Shown: one piece after another, positions 22,430 through 33,229 of the stretch
How the letters are laid out: each line of letters begins with the position of its first letter
Position numbering within the stretch: the first letter of the stretch is position 1
Assembly: GCA_964106915.2 (NCBI GenBank)
Contig: OZ066921.1
Direction: 5' to 3' (one strand)
Origin: Podarcis gaigeae
Taxonomy: Eukaryota
Length of the DNA: 64,000 bases
Notes under the pieces: model-generated
Told to the model about the DNA's origin: nothing
Databases searched by the model: none
The model's input: the letters and a program-made list of their open reading frames with translations, nothing else
Position numbers and translations under genes: made by a program

Positions 22430-23943
22430 ATTCTTGCACTGCAGGGGATTGAACTAGATGACCCTCATGGTCCCTTCCAAATCTATAATTCTATGATTCT
22501 AAGAATGTAAGGTCCAATAAATTCCGCAACTGCCTCACTGGCAATTTCATTTCCCAGAAGGTGGAAGAAGCAACTAGTGGGTCATATCTCTATGTCCTGG
22601 TCCTCACCAACAGGAACTGATGGATGAAGTGGAACTACTCAGAAACCTGGGAGGAAGTGATCATGCCTTCTTGGGTTTCATTATACACAGGCAAGGCAAT
22701 TGCACTCTGGCCAATTTCAAGAGGCGTAAGGAGCTACTGGGTGAGATTCCATGGTCAGCAATATTCAAAGAGAAGGGAGTCCAACATGGATGGGAGTTTC
22801 TTAAAGGTGAAATATTGAAGGCCCAAATGCAGACAATTCCAATAAGAAAGAAAAGTGGGAATTACCTTTAAAAAACTGTGGCTGTGTAAGAACTTACAGA
22901 TTAGCTGAGAAGTAAAAAGGGCATGTATAAGAAAACCAAGAAAGGAGAGATCACGAAGGAAGAGAATACACGAGTAGCCAAAAGTTGCAGAGAGAAGGTC
23001 TGGCTGGCTAAAGCTCAAAATGAGCTTAAGAGGTTAAAATAATAAAACAGGTTTATTCGGCTATGTTCAAAGCAAGAGGAAAAACAGGCAAGTATTAGAC
23101 TCTCCGTGGAGAACATGGAGAATTGCTACTGAGTGACAAAGAGAAGGCAGAACTGCTCAACACCTACTTCACTCAGAAGGAAAGCAGTGCCCAACCTGGT
23201 GATAACAAAATAAGCAATGCAAGGTGGGATCTGCAGCCCGAGATAGAAAAAGAGGTGGTAAGGGAGCACATAGCTACTATGAATTCAAATCTCCAGGGCC
23301 TGATGAGCTGCATCCAAAGGTACTAAAGGAGCTTGTGGATGTAATCTCAGAGCCTCTGCCTATAATCTATGAGGACACTGGAGAACTGATGATGTTCCTG
23401 CGGACTGGAAGTAGGCGAATCTTGCCCCCATCTTCAAAAAGGGTGGAAAGAAGAACCAGTCAGCTTGACATCAATACCAGGGAAGGTCCTAGAACAGATG
23501 ATTAAACAGTTGGTGTGTGAGTACTTAGAAAAGGATGCTGTGATCAGTGGCGTAGCGTGGGTTATCAGCACCCGGGGCAAGGCAAGTAATTTGCACCCCC
23601 TAACCCATGGATTTGCGCCCCCTAACTCGTGGATTTGCACCCCCTAACCCGTGGATTTCCCTAACCCCCAGATGTTGTGCCTGGTGCGGCCGGGCCCCCC
23701 TGCACCCCCCACGCTACGCCACTGGCTGTGATTACTAAGACCCAACATGGGTTTCTCAAAAACAAGTCATGCCAGACAAATCTCATTTCTTTTTGTGATA
23801 CTGTTACAATCATGGTGGATCAGGGAAATGCTGTGGACGTAGTGTGCAACTTGGATGCTTTAGTTAAGATTCCTGCATTGCAGGGGTTTACACCAGATGA
23901 CCCTTGGGATCCCTTCCAACTCTACGCTTCTATGATTCTATGA
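22430..23943 (+). mobile_element. CR1 LINE composite: short 3' end, central ORF2 fragment, second 3' end
   Basis: LGGSDH, KSPGPDELHPKVLKEL, TSIPGKVLEQMIKQ, QHGFLKNKSCQTNLISF, with frameshifts; ATTCTATG-type CR1 termini near 22500 and 23940. Confidence 0.88.
23545..23724. mobile_element. 180-bp hAT-type MITE
   Basis: Perfect 17-bp TIRs cagtggcgtagcgtggg and perfect 8-bp TSD gctgtgat (23537-23544, 23725-23732). Confidence 0.92.
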
Positions 23944-24546
23944 ACCTGAACTTTTTATTTTCTGCAAACAAATCAAAGTGGCTAATAATGCAAACATGCA
24001 AATTGCATGTGTTTGTGTGTATGTGAGCATGTGACTTCAGGCCCCAATCCCCACTCCTCGGGTCTCATCCCTTTGGTCTGAAAATGTTGCCATAGGTATT
24101 CCATCTGCCACTCTCTGCTTCCTAATCTGTGGTCCATCCACAACAAATCTTGGAGGAAGTTACTTGCTTAGTAAACTGGATGTTTCCCCTTGTACTGTGG
24201 TGTATGGATCTGGTATGTCTCTCTGTGTGTGTCTGCGTATTTTGCAAAAAAAAAAAAAAAGTAGACAATGAAGGAAGAGGAGAAGGAGATGTTCATTATT
24301 GAAATTGTATGATCCCATATGTGGCTTTCTTTTCGGGAAAGGGTACCCTGCTTGCTCCTTTGAGCCTGGATGGAGTACATGCTTTTTCACAGTGAAGCAC
24401 AGAGGAACTCAGTTGTCCAGATAGATAATACTGAACTTATCAAATCTCTGAAGATCACATCAAAGAGGGAAAAGGCTTGTTCTCTGTTGTTGTTGCTGCT
24501 GTTGCTCCAGAGGGAAAGCAGGGTCTAGATCCCATGACCTGAAGGG

Positions 24547-24777
24547 GTGCGTGATTGGTGTGGCCTGCCCCAGGTGTCATTCCTGAGGGGGGGGTGACAT
24601 TGCCGCCCTGCCCCCTGGGATGCTCACCGTGGGCAGCGCCCCCCTGGGATGTTCACCACTCGCTGTGGGCGGCACCCCCCTGGGACTCTCACCTCGCTCC
24701 CACGGGCGGCTAGCCTCATCACTGGGTGCACTGCATGTGTGCCACTCTGGGTACCAGAGCAGCTAGCTCCGCCTCTG
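24547..24777. mobile_element. GC-rich hAT-like MITE remnant inside a CR1 3' fragment
   Basis: Right end ctagctccgcctctg is TIR-like; ctgaaggg is repeated on both sides; no matching left TIR. Confidence 0.45.
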
Positions 24778-24970
24778 CTGAAGGGTAGATGTTGGTTGAA
24801 CATCAGGCAGAACTGCTTGCTGGGAAGATCCGTTGGACATGGGCACCAATTTCATGGGGGAGAACATGTAGGCTCTCCTTGGCTGGCTGCCTTCTAGCAG
24901 AGGCTGGGCAGCCCCTCTTTGAGCTGGTGGGGATGGACGCTTCAGTCCCTGCCTCTTGCACTGAGTATCA

Positions 24971-24973
<3 letters not shown>

Positions 24974-25010
<37 letters not shown>
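24974..25010. repeat. (TG)n microsatellite
   Basis: Read directly from the sequence. Confidence 0.97.
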
Positions 25011-25011
<1 letters not shown>

Positions 25012-25551
25012 GAATTCCCAAGTGGCCTACATGCCCTGCCCCTCAGGGATTCTGTGATTTGTCAATCTTAATCTGTCATGAAGGTCAAGGATCAAACACA
25101 CAGTTCTCCAAGAATCTGTCTACCTTTACATATTTCATAATTCAGCATCCAATGACACTTGTTTCTGTATATCTGAGAATTTGATAGTTGGCACACAAGG
25201 TTATCTGGCACTTGTTTCCCTGGCATTGGGACTCTGGCAATATTTGCTAGTCAACAGCAAATACTGCTTGATAAATGACACCTCCAGAAACTGCCTGAAA
25301 GCCAAATTTGGAAGTCCATGTTTTAGGTAACAACCAGCACCTAAGAGTTGTGCCTGGAAAGGGGATGACCATCCATGGAACTGTCTAGAAACTGGTGAGA
25401 GGTGCTTCTTTTATCCTGGAGGGTGTGTGCAGAAGATCAATGGTCAATGAATCAAGATAATTTTTCCTGATAAAATGATTGCCCAAAAAGCCACAGAAAG
25501 AGCAATAAATGCTTTTTAGCTCTCCCCACCTTCCCCACCAAAAGTCAACTA

Positions 25552-25790
25552 CAGTGGTACCTTGGTTCTTGAACTTAATCCATTCCGGGAGTCCGTTCAA
25601 TTCCTGAAACTGTTCAAAAACCAAGGAGCGGCTTCTGATTGGCTGCAGGAGCTTCCTGCACTCAAGTGGAAGAGGCATCGGATGTTCAGCTTCCAAAAAA
25701 TGTTCGCAAACTGGAACACTTCTTTCTGGATTTGCAGCGTTTGGGAGCCGATTTGTTTGGGAGCCAAGCCATTCGACTACCAAGGTACAA
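25552..25790. mobile_element. pogo/Tigger-type (Tc1-mariner) MITE
   Basis: ta|cagtggtaccttgg at the left end and ccaaggtac at the degraded right end. Confidence 0.7.
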
Positions 25791-25819
25791 GTATCAAATA
25801 CTGTATAAGTACCAAAGTA

Positions 25820-26052
25820 CAGTGGTACCTCAGGTTAAGTACTTAATTCGTTCAGGAGGTCCGTTCTTAACCTGAAACTGTTCTTAACCACTTTAGCTAA
25901 TGGGGCCTCCTGCTGCTGCCGCACCGCTGGAGCATGATTTCTGTTCTCCTCCTGAAGCAAAGTTCTTAACCCGAGGTACTATTTCTGGGTTAGCAGAGTC
26001 TGTAACCTGAAGCATATGTAACCTGAAGTGTATGTAACCCGAGGTACCACTT
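25820..26052. mobile_element. pogo/Tigger-type MITE
   Basis: ta|cagtggtacctcagg...ccgaggtaccact; same family as 48451-48655, in the opposite orientation. Confidence 0.8.
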
Positions 26053-27579
26053 ATAAGAGGTGCCTGTAATTTGGCAGGTTTCTTACCAAGGTCTCTTGTT
26101 TACGCTGTTTTAATACATATTGCCTATAAAACAATACAGGTGATTAAAGGAATCTTTTTTTATTTTTTACTACAAATTTGTAAGGTTGCTATTGCAGAAA
26201 AAAATGCTACCAATTTCTTTCTGAAAGTTGGCGCAATTCACCCCCTCAGAAAGGGCAACCATGCCTTCAAATTTCATTCAATCGTGCCAACAAATAAAAA
26301 AAGTTAAAGACAGGGGTTTTGGGGGGGAATATTATGAATATTATATGATTAACAATTAGATTTTTAGCCTGCCGTTCCTCTCACAGCGGCAAACAACAAA
26401 AAGCAATAACAACAATGCAAAATATATAAAGGAATTTTAAAACTTCCTACTAAAACTTTAAGGTGTCCAACATAAAAACCGTGGGCATATTTGACTATAA
26501 TCATGCAGTTACTATCAACTGAACAGGGGCTAATATCCCTGTAAATTTCACCCATTTTCCAAGTCAAGATTTGTATTTGGACCTCGATCTCTGAAGTACC
26601 TTCAGCCAAATTTTGCTCTTTTCTAAAGCACTGAACTGGGGTCTGAACCAAGTAGCGTGGCTGGCACTTGCTCCTAATATCCAGTCCCAGTAATTAATAG
26701 GCAACACGGACAGATCTAACTGCATGGGAAGAGACGTCGACATCATTTTTAAACACAGAGCGCTTTCCAGTAATTTATCAAGGGAGAGCCATCCACCCCA
26801 CGTGTCCAGGCCCATTTCATAGCCTGTGTACACCAGTCCCAGTCTAAGAAACTCTGGGGCTCATAACACAACCTGTGCCAAAACGTGACCCTCTGTCCTC
26901 TGCGGCACATGGGATTAGGAGAGACTCTGCTGTGTGCCAGGATCAACACCCGTTGGCAAGGCAGTGTGCCAGGGCTGTGCCACAGGGCCCCTGCTGCAAG
27001 GGCCCAGCTCCCTTCTCTTCCTGAAGGGCAACGTGCTGGCTTTGGAGCCTGGGGCAGTGGAGGACCACCCAGGCGCTGGGACGTGAGGTTTGCCCCGTCC
27101 TCACACACTACTCTGTAACAAAAACAAACTCCATTCTGCAGTGCTGGTGGTAGCAGTGCGGGTGGACGTGGAGAGGGGGGTGGGCGAGAAAAACATATTT
27201 CACAACCAGCCCAAACACCAGCACCTTTGCTGAGTGGCAGCAAACTGGACGGAGTGGTTTTTCTGGGGCGTGGTGATGCTGGAAAGCTCCAGGGAGTTGA
27301 GAGTGGCTTGGCTTTAGCCGAGGCGAGATGTAAAAGAGCAGCACCGCCAAGGAAGGGGGTCGTGCCCCCAAACATAGGTGCACCAGTTCATAAGTGGGTG
27401 TTGGGTATATTCTGGGCCCCTTTATGAATCTAAGGATGCAATGCCATGTCAAAAAGAGGCCCTTTCTTCTCTAGAGGCAGAAGACCTGCTTGCAAAAGTG
27501 GTGAAAATGTTTATTAAGGGTGGGTGCAGGGTATATAGATGTCTTCACTTGACAGCTATTTCAGTTTGTCCCACATTCG

Positions 27580-28995
27580 AAAAACCCTCTCCCCTTTCTC
27601 CACACTATGCATAATATTATACATCTCTATCATCTTATCCCAAAATGCTGCAATCATTCCTCATAGAGGATTCATTCCTTGTTCACTTCAGTTGCCCTTT
27701 TATAAAACTTTCCCAATTCTACAGTATCCTTTTTGAAGTATAGTAAAGGTAAAGGGACCCCTGACCATTAGGTCCACTCGTGGCTGACTCTGGGGTTGCG
27801 GCACTCATCTCGCTTTACTGGCCGAGGGAGCTGGCGTACAGCTTCCGGGTCATGTGGCCAGCATGACTAAGCCTCTTCTAGCGAACCAGAGCAGCACACG
27901 GAAATGGTGTTTACCTTCTTGCCGGAGTGGTACCTATTTATCTACTTGTACTTTGACGTGCTTTCGAACTGCTAGGTTGGCAGGAGCAGGGACCGAGCAA
28001 CGGGAGCTCACCCTGTCACGGGGATTCAAACCGCCCATCTTCTGATTGGCAAGTCCTAGGCTCTGTGGTTTAACCCACAGCGCCACCCGCATCCCTTTTG
28101 AAGTATAATGCACATTATTACAGATGCTGTTGCATCATCGATTTGTATTATATGAACAGTTCTGTTTTCACTTCCTTTCCGAATGATGCCTAGCATGAAA
28201 TTCACATTTACCACAAATGCCGCACGCTAGGTCAACATATTAGAGATATCCACAATGACCCCAAGCATAGATGTAGCAGGATTTATGTTGGGGGAGCAGG
28301 ACTTTTTTTGAGGGGGCAGAACCAAGCTATCTGCAATGCGATTGGTCAGTCAGTTAAATTTTTTTTTATTTACTTGATTTGGGGAAGGGCAGCTAGCCCC
28401 CTGCCCATGACCATGCCCCTAAGCTCCCATTCCTGGCAGTCACCACCAGTACAGATGCCCATGAGTGTCTGTCTTAAATTATTATTATTATTGCCCCAGT
28501 GTGCATCACTTGACATTTGCTTACAATGAATTACATTTGCCATTCTACTGCCCTTTCAATCAGTTTGGAGAGATCCCTTTGGAACTCTTCACAATCTCTT
28601 ATTGTTTTAATGACCCTGAAAAAATTAGTATCATCAGCAAACCTGGCCACCTGCTCACTGCTCGCTCCTAACTCTAGATCATTTATGAGCAAGTTAAAAA
28701 GCACAGATTCCAATACCAATCCTTGGGGGACCCCACTTTCTCCATCTCACCATCAGAACTGTCCATTTATTCCTACTCTTTGTTTCCTGCAACTTAACTA
28801 ATTCATGATCTGCAAGAGGCCCTCGCCTCATATTCGATGACTGCTAAGCTTACCTAGGAGCCTTTGGTAAGGACCTTTTTGAAAGTCTTACGCAATGTCA
28901 AACTGGATCACCTCTGTCTATATGTTTGTTGACACTCTCAGATAACTTACCTTTGCAGAAGCCACGCTGGTTCTGTTTCATCAAGACTTGTCCTT
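27580..28995 (-). mobile_element. CR1 LINE reverse-transcriptase fragment with nested insertions
   Basis: LFNLLINDLE...VARFADDTNFFRVIKT...FQRDLSKLIERAVEWQM and KHIDRGDPV; interrupted by a SINE and by a short insertion near 28265-28420. Confidence 0.85.
27743..28095 (-). mobile_element. Sauria SINE, full length, inserted in a CR1 fragment
   Basis: Complete head and tail; 12-bp TSD ttttgaagtata at 27731-27742 and 28096-28107. Confidence 0.93.
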
Positions 28996-31307
28996 CTGTA
29001 GCGGGGTGGGCAAACTTGATCAGGCCTGGGGCTGCATTCCCATCAGGACAACTTTCTGAGGGCCACATGCCAGGGGTGCATGAGGCTCGAGGCAAAAGTG
29101 AGCCAATAAATGAATGCAAATTTTATGTTTGTATACTTTCAAACCCACTCTCCCCATCTCTATCCTCCACTCAGGCAACTAAGAGGTGTTATCAGCTTTC
29201 AAAGGGCATATTCCACCCAGGCAAACCCCCTCAAGAATGGCATGAAGTACGGCTGCTGAGAGGTGTGGTTGGAGAGGAGAGTCTCAAGGGCCAGACTGGC
29301 TGCTGGGATGAAGGTTCCTTACTCAGCTCTATATCACTGATCATTCTGTCTAAAAGCATAAGAATAAGAAGTTTGGCTCTTTTGTTGTCAACTGTAATTC
29401 TGTGTGGCAGCACCAGTGGCCGAAGAAACACTCACAAAGGCTTTCTAGTATCACACATGGAAACAGGCCATGCTTTCACAGACTTGCAACAGGAGGAGGA
29501 GGTGAGATTGAGGATGGGCCAAGCTCAAAGAGCTCCAGAATCTTCTGTACCACCCTGGAGCAAAGCCACCTCCAGGTTTTTGTGTGCTCCAGGCAAGGGA
29601 CCAGCAATGGACCTCTCACATACAGAAACACGGAGAAGCACAGAGCCCTATATAAACATAGAAGACAGGAACACAAAGCTCCTTCACATACACAAACACA
29701 TGTGAACCTAATGATCTGGGCTGCTCAAGAGCTGCAAGGTCAGCCAGTTCTAGGGTGGGGTGGGTGTGGAGGGAGATCAAAGGGGAATGGGCTGCCTGAA
29801 GGGGGGTGGATTCCAAACCACCACCCTGGCTCAGTGATGGGGAAATACCTGTGGGAATCAGTGCTGCCTAGCACCACTCTGGCAAGTGTGACGTTCTGTC
29901 ACTGTGTCAAAGTGCAGGTCATTTTATGCCTCTTTTTATTTTTATTTTTTTTAACTGGGTCAGCCAGTTTATACTTTCCATTTGAGCATTCCTTGGTGCT
30001 TTTCACTTTTAGAATGTTGCCTTGAGCTGCGGGATGCCCAGACTCCACTGGACCAATCATTTTGCAGCACCCAGTACTCCAAGGCTCACTCAATCACCTT
30101 GAAATCCTTTGTCTGGCCTTCAGTTTGATTCACAGTTTGTTTCACCAGGGGAGGCTCAGCCTCGTCTACAGCACTTTCTGGCTTGCTGGGCTGTGAACCC
30201 ACTTCATTATCTACAAACTCAAATTTTTGTATCCGACAAAGTTTCTCACCAGCGAATTATTTATGCCATTAGCTGGAAAATCGGTCCTATGGAACTCAGC
30301 AAGACTGGCTTTCTGGAGGCGGACCAAAGCCTCCATCTGCCTGAATCCTAACCACTTTTTCTCATGTCATTCACATTGAATTCAGTGGGCCTTACTCCCA
30401 GGGAAGGCTTTGCACGTATAGCCTCACTGTTCAACACAGTGAATCACTCACCCCTTTCCCCTCCATCGTTCAAACACCAGAATGTTGCAGTATAAACAAA
30501 TCTATACAAGAGACAGTTTTGTTTGGTACCAAAGGGGGGAGTTATTTGGGTGCAAAATACAGCATGTCTATGTTAGTGCAGAGTGTAAACTGTCCTCCCC
30601 AGATCCAGTCAGGCCTGGTTTTCTCATGTGCCAAGAAAAGGGTCAACAGAGGCCAGTGAGCAGCCAGGAGGGTCCTTGTCCCCCACCCCATCCCTGTGCC
30701 TGGGATACACTTCCCCACATCCCTGCTGCCTCCTTCAGGCAGACTAATCCGGCCCCAAGGTCTCCTCCACCACCAGCATCTTCTCTGCCCCTTTTACATA
30801 AGTGTCCCATGAGGAGGCCCTGCTCTCCTTCAGCTGTCCTCTTTTGGCACCAGCAGCTGTTTACAAAACATGCCCCTCGGGGGGGGGGGAGCGGGGGGGA
30901 GCGTTATCCTCAAAACCAGTTAGACTTACTAAAACGCCAAAGGGGAAAAAGCTCATTCCGGCTGTTTCTCTTGGAAACACTCGCTCAAGGTCAAAGTCTC
31001 ACACGTCCTCGGCTTCTGCACGTACCACATTCTAGGTAAGACCAAATCCCTCCTCCTGCTGCTGCTGCTGCCCTCACATGTGTATTCCAAAGCAGGGCTT
31101 CTCAAGCTCTCTGATGTTGGGGATGGGGGCAGGGATACCCACACACATATACAATGTGGCAGTGACTGGCATCAAATTTGGTCCCTGAAGCATCCCACCC
31201 AACCTGGGATGTGGTGGAGTTGCCGTAGACCAGCAACTGTTGGTTTTTGGTCTGACACAGGCCCATGGACCAGTGCTTTGAGTAGGGCTGTTCTAATGAA
31301 TCTCCAC

Positions 31308-31460
31308 TTAGAACCATAGAACTGGAAGGGACACCAAGGGTCATCTTCCAAGCCCCTGCAATGCAGGAGGAATCTCAGCTGAAGCGTGACAGATGGCCAC
31401 CCATCCTCTGCTTAAAAACCTTCAAGGAAGGAGCGTCCACAACCTCCTGAGGGCGATGGT
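31308..31460 (-). mobile_element. CR1 3'-end fragment
   Basis: tagaaccatagaactggaagggacacc...cctgcaatgcagg, the reverse complement of the CR1 terminus seen at 23870-23943. Confidence 0.75.
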
Positions 31461-32092
31461 TCCACGTAAAGTCAAGCTTCTAGCCATTATGATGGTAAAG
31501 AAAGCTTTGGTCACCAGCAGCAAAGAACCAGTGGCAACAAAGCCATTCAGCAAGGGGGTGGGCAGGGATGTTTGGCACAGGGTCCCCTTTTCCCAATTCC
31601 TCCTAGACTTCATCAAGCACTGTAGGAGGTACTATGACCAGGTTGGGCGACCTTTGATACCTGTTTGGATTTTTTTGAGGTAGGGTTGGGAAAACACAAG
31701 TCAAGAGCTACCCATGAGTATTAAAATGCCTGACAGACAGAATGTCCACAGCTGAAGCTTTCCACCATAACCATGTTTCCATAAAGAAAAGGGTTAACCT
31801 CTTGAATTTCTGCTAGCCACACCAACTGTCAAAGGCACAGGAATCCTGCTCTCCTTGAAGGCGAACCCTGAACCAGGCAAGGAACTCAAGCTTCAGGAGT
31901 TGCCAAACTCTTCTGTTCCTGGAGGTCTCTCAGCAGCTGATGTTGGGCTGGCAATTCTCAACTGAGTACAAGGCTACCTGTGGGACTTGGGACTGGGATC
32001 CGGAGGGCAAAGAGCTTGACAAGCTCCAAACAACCACACATGAATAAATTAATTGCTCAAAATAGCTTTTGGGGTACCTATTTTGTTATACC

Positions 32093-32136
<44 letters not shown>

Positions 32137-32330
32137 AAATCTGTATGCCGCCCTTCATCCAAAGATCACAGGACAGTTCACAACATAAAAAATACAAAAT
32201 GGAAACACAAAATACATAAAAATGACCCGTCCTCCTACAAGCACATATAAAAGGTCACAGAATGTTTAATCAGCCCAAGGAAGGCCTGGTTATAAAGGTT
32301 TTTGCCTGGCGCCTGAAGTTATATAATAAC
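32093..32330 (-). mobile_element. L2-like 3' end with a (TAT)n tail
   Basis: About 13 TAT units followed by sequence similar to the L2-like fragment at 9800-10000. Confidence 0.55.
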
Positions 32331-33223
32331 TATTGCCATGTTATCAGCATGGGTCAAAGAACCGCCCTTTTCCTTTTTTGAGCATAACGGATTTGAGCCT
32401 TTGGCACGAACATACTCACTCATGGCGTTCCTACTATACAGAGAACAGGTGCTCACCTGAACTGCCTCCCTAATGACTTTTTATCCCCGAGATCATTCCT
32501 GCTGAAACCCTCGCACCTGCTGTTGCCATTAGTATATTTGCTATTTTTGTTGGTTTGGTTTGGCAATTTTGAGTTTTATTCGCATGTATTTAAGCTTGTG
32601 GTTTGTATGTTTGGTTCTATTTGTACATCACCTCATATATTTGAGGTGCGGAACTTGAAATGATTTTGCTTTTTTTGTACTTTGGAAAGAGATTGCAACA
32701 AAAAATTGCTGAAAACCAAAGGCAAAATAAAATGTTCATACTAGCAAACACCCACCCACCCAGCTGAATGGCTCTCCCCATGTTTCAACAAGAAGCTACT
32801 TAACAGCCCCTCAGCCGTTTTTCCCTTAAAAAAACAGCAACAGATAACAATAGAGGGCCACACTGCAGGGTTGTTGTGAGCTCCTCTTTCTGTGTTCCTG
32901 CTCCTGGCAATATGGGCTGACATAACCCAGCCTCTCTCACCCACTAGGTTTACCCTGCAACGACATTTTTATTCTCTCTACATGAGAAGGTTCCAGCCTT
33001 AACCTGTCATTTGCTTTGAGAGTTGTGGAGGCTCCTGATTAATTTGTTTCTTTGAAGTGGATTATTTGGCCAGGCAAGCTGAAGAGTGGGCTGCTTCATC
33101 GGGGTGGGGGCTCGGATGATTGATGTCATATGGGCATGTGACCTATGCCAGAACCTTGGAAACCTGTCCGTAAGACATGCTGGATCTTAGGCAACTGGGA
33201 AATGTACTATCAGAACGTTTGGT

Positions 33224-33229
33224 TTTATT
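33224..33229 (-). terminator. Candidate distal polyadenylation signal of FHOD1
   Basis: AATAAA with TGTA just upstream in an AT-rich block; a further AATAAA lies at 32968-32973. Confidence 0.4.

Noticed and set aside
23588-23670. 22-bp tandem repeats superficially like a CRISPR array
   Set aside because: No unique spacers, eukaryotic context, and internal to a hAT MITE.
26340-26880. Possible LINE (L1-like) 3' remnant
   Set aside because: The composition suggests a decayed repeat, but I could not recognise a diagnostic motif.
28926-30025. 259-aa and 207-aa plus-strand ORFs between the two genes
   Set aside because: They start in TE-derived or unique non-coding sequence with non-ATG starts, show no recognisable domain and have no TMEM208 or ZDHHC1 similarity.
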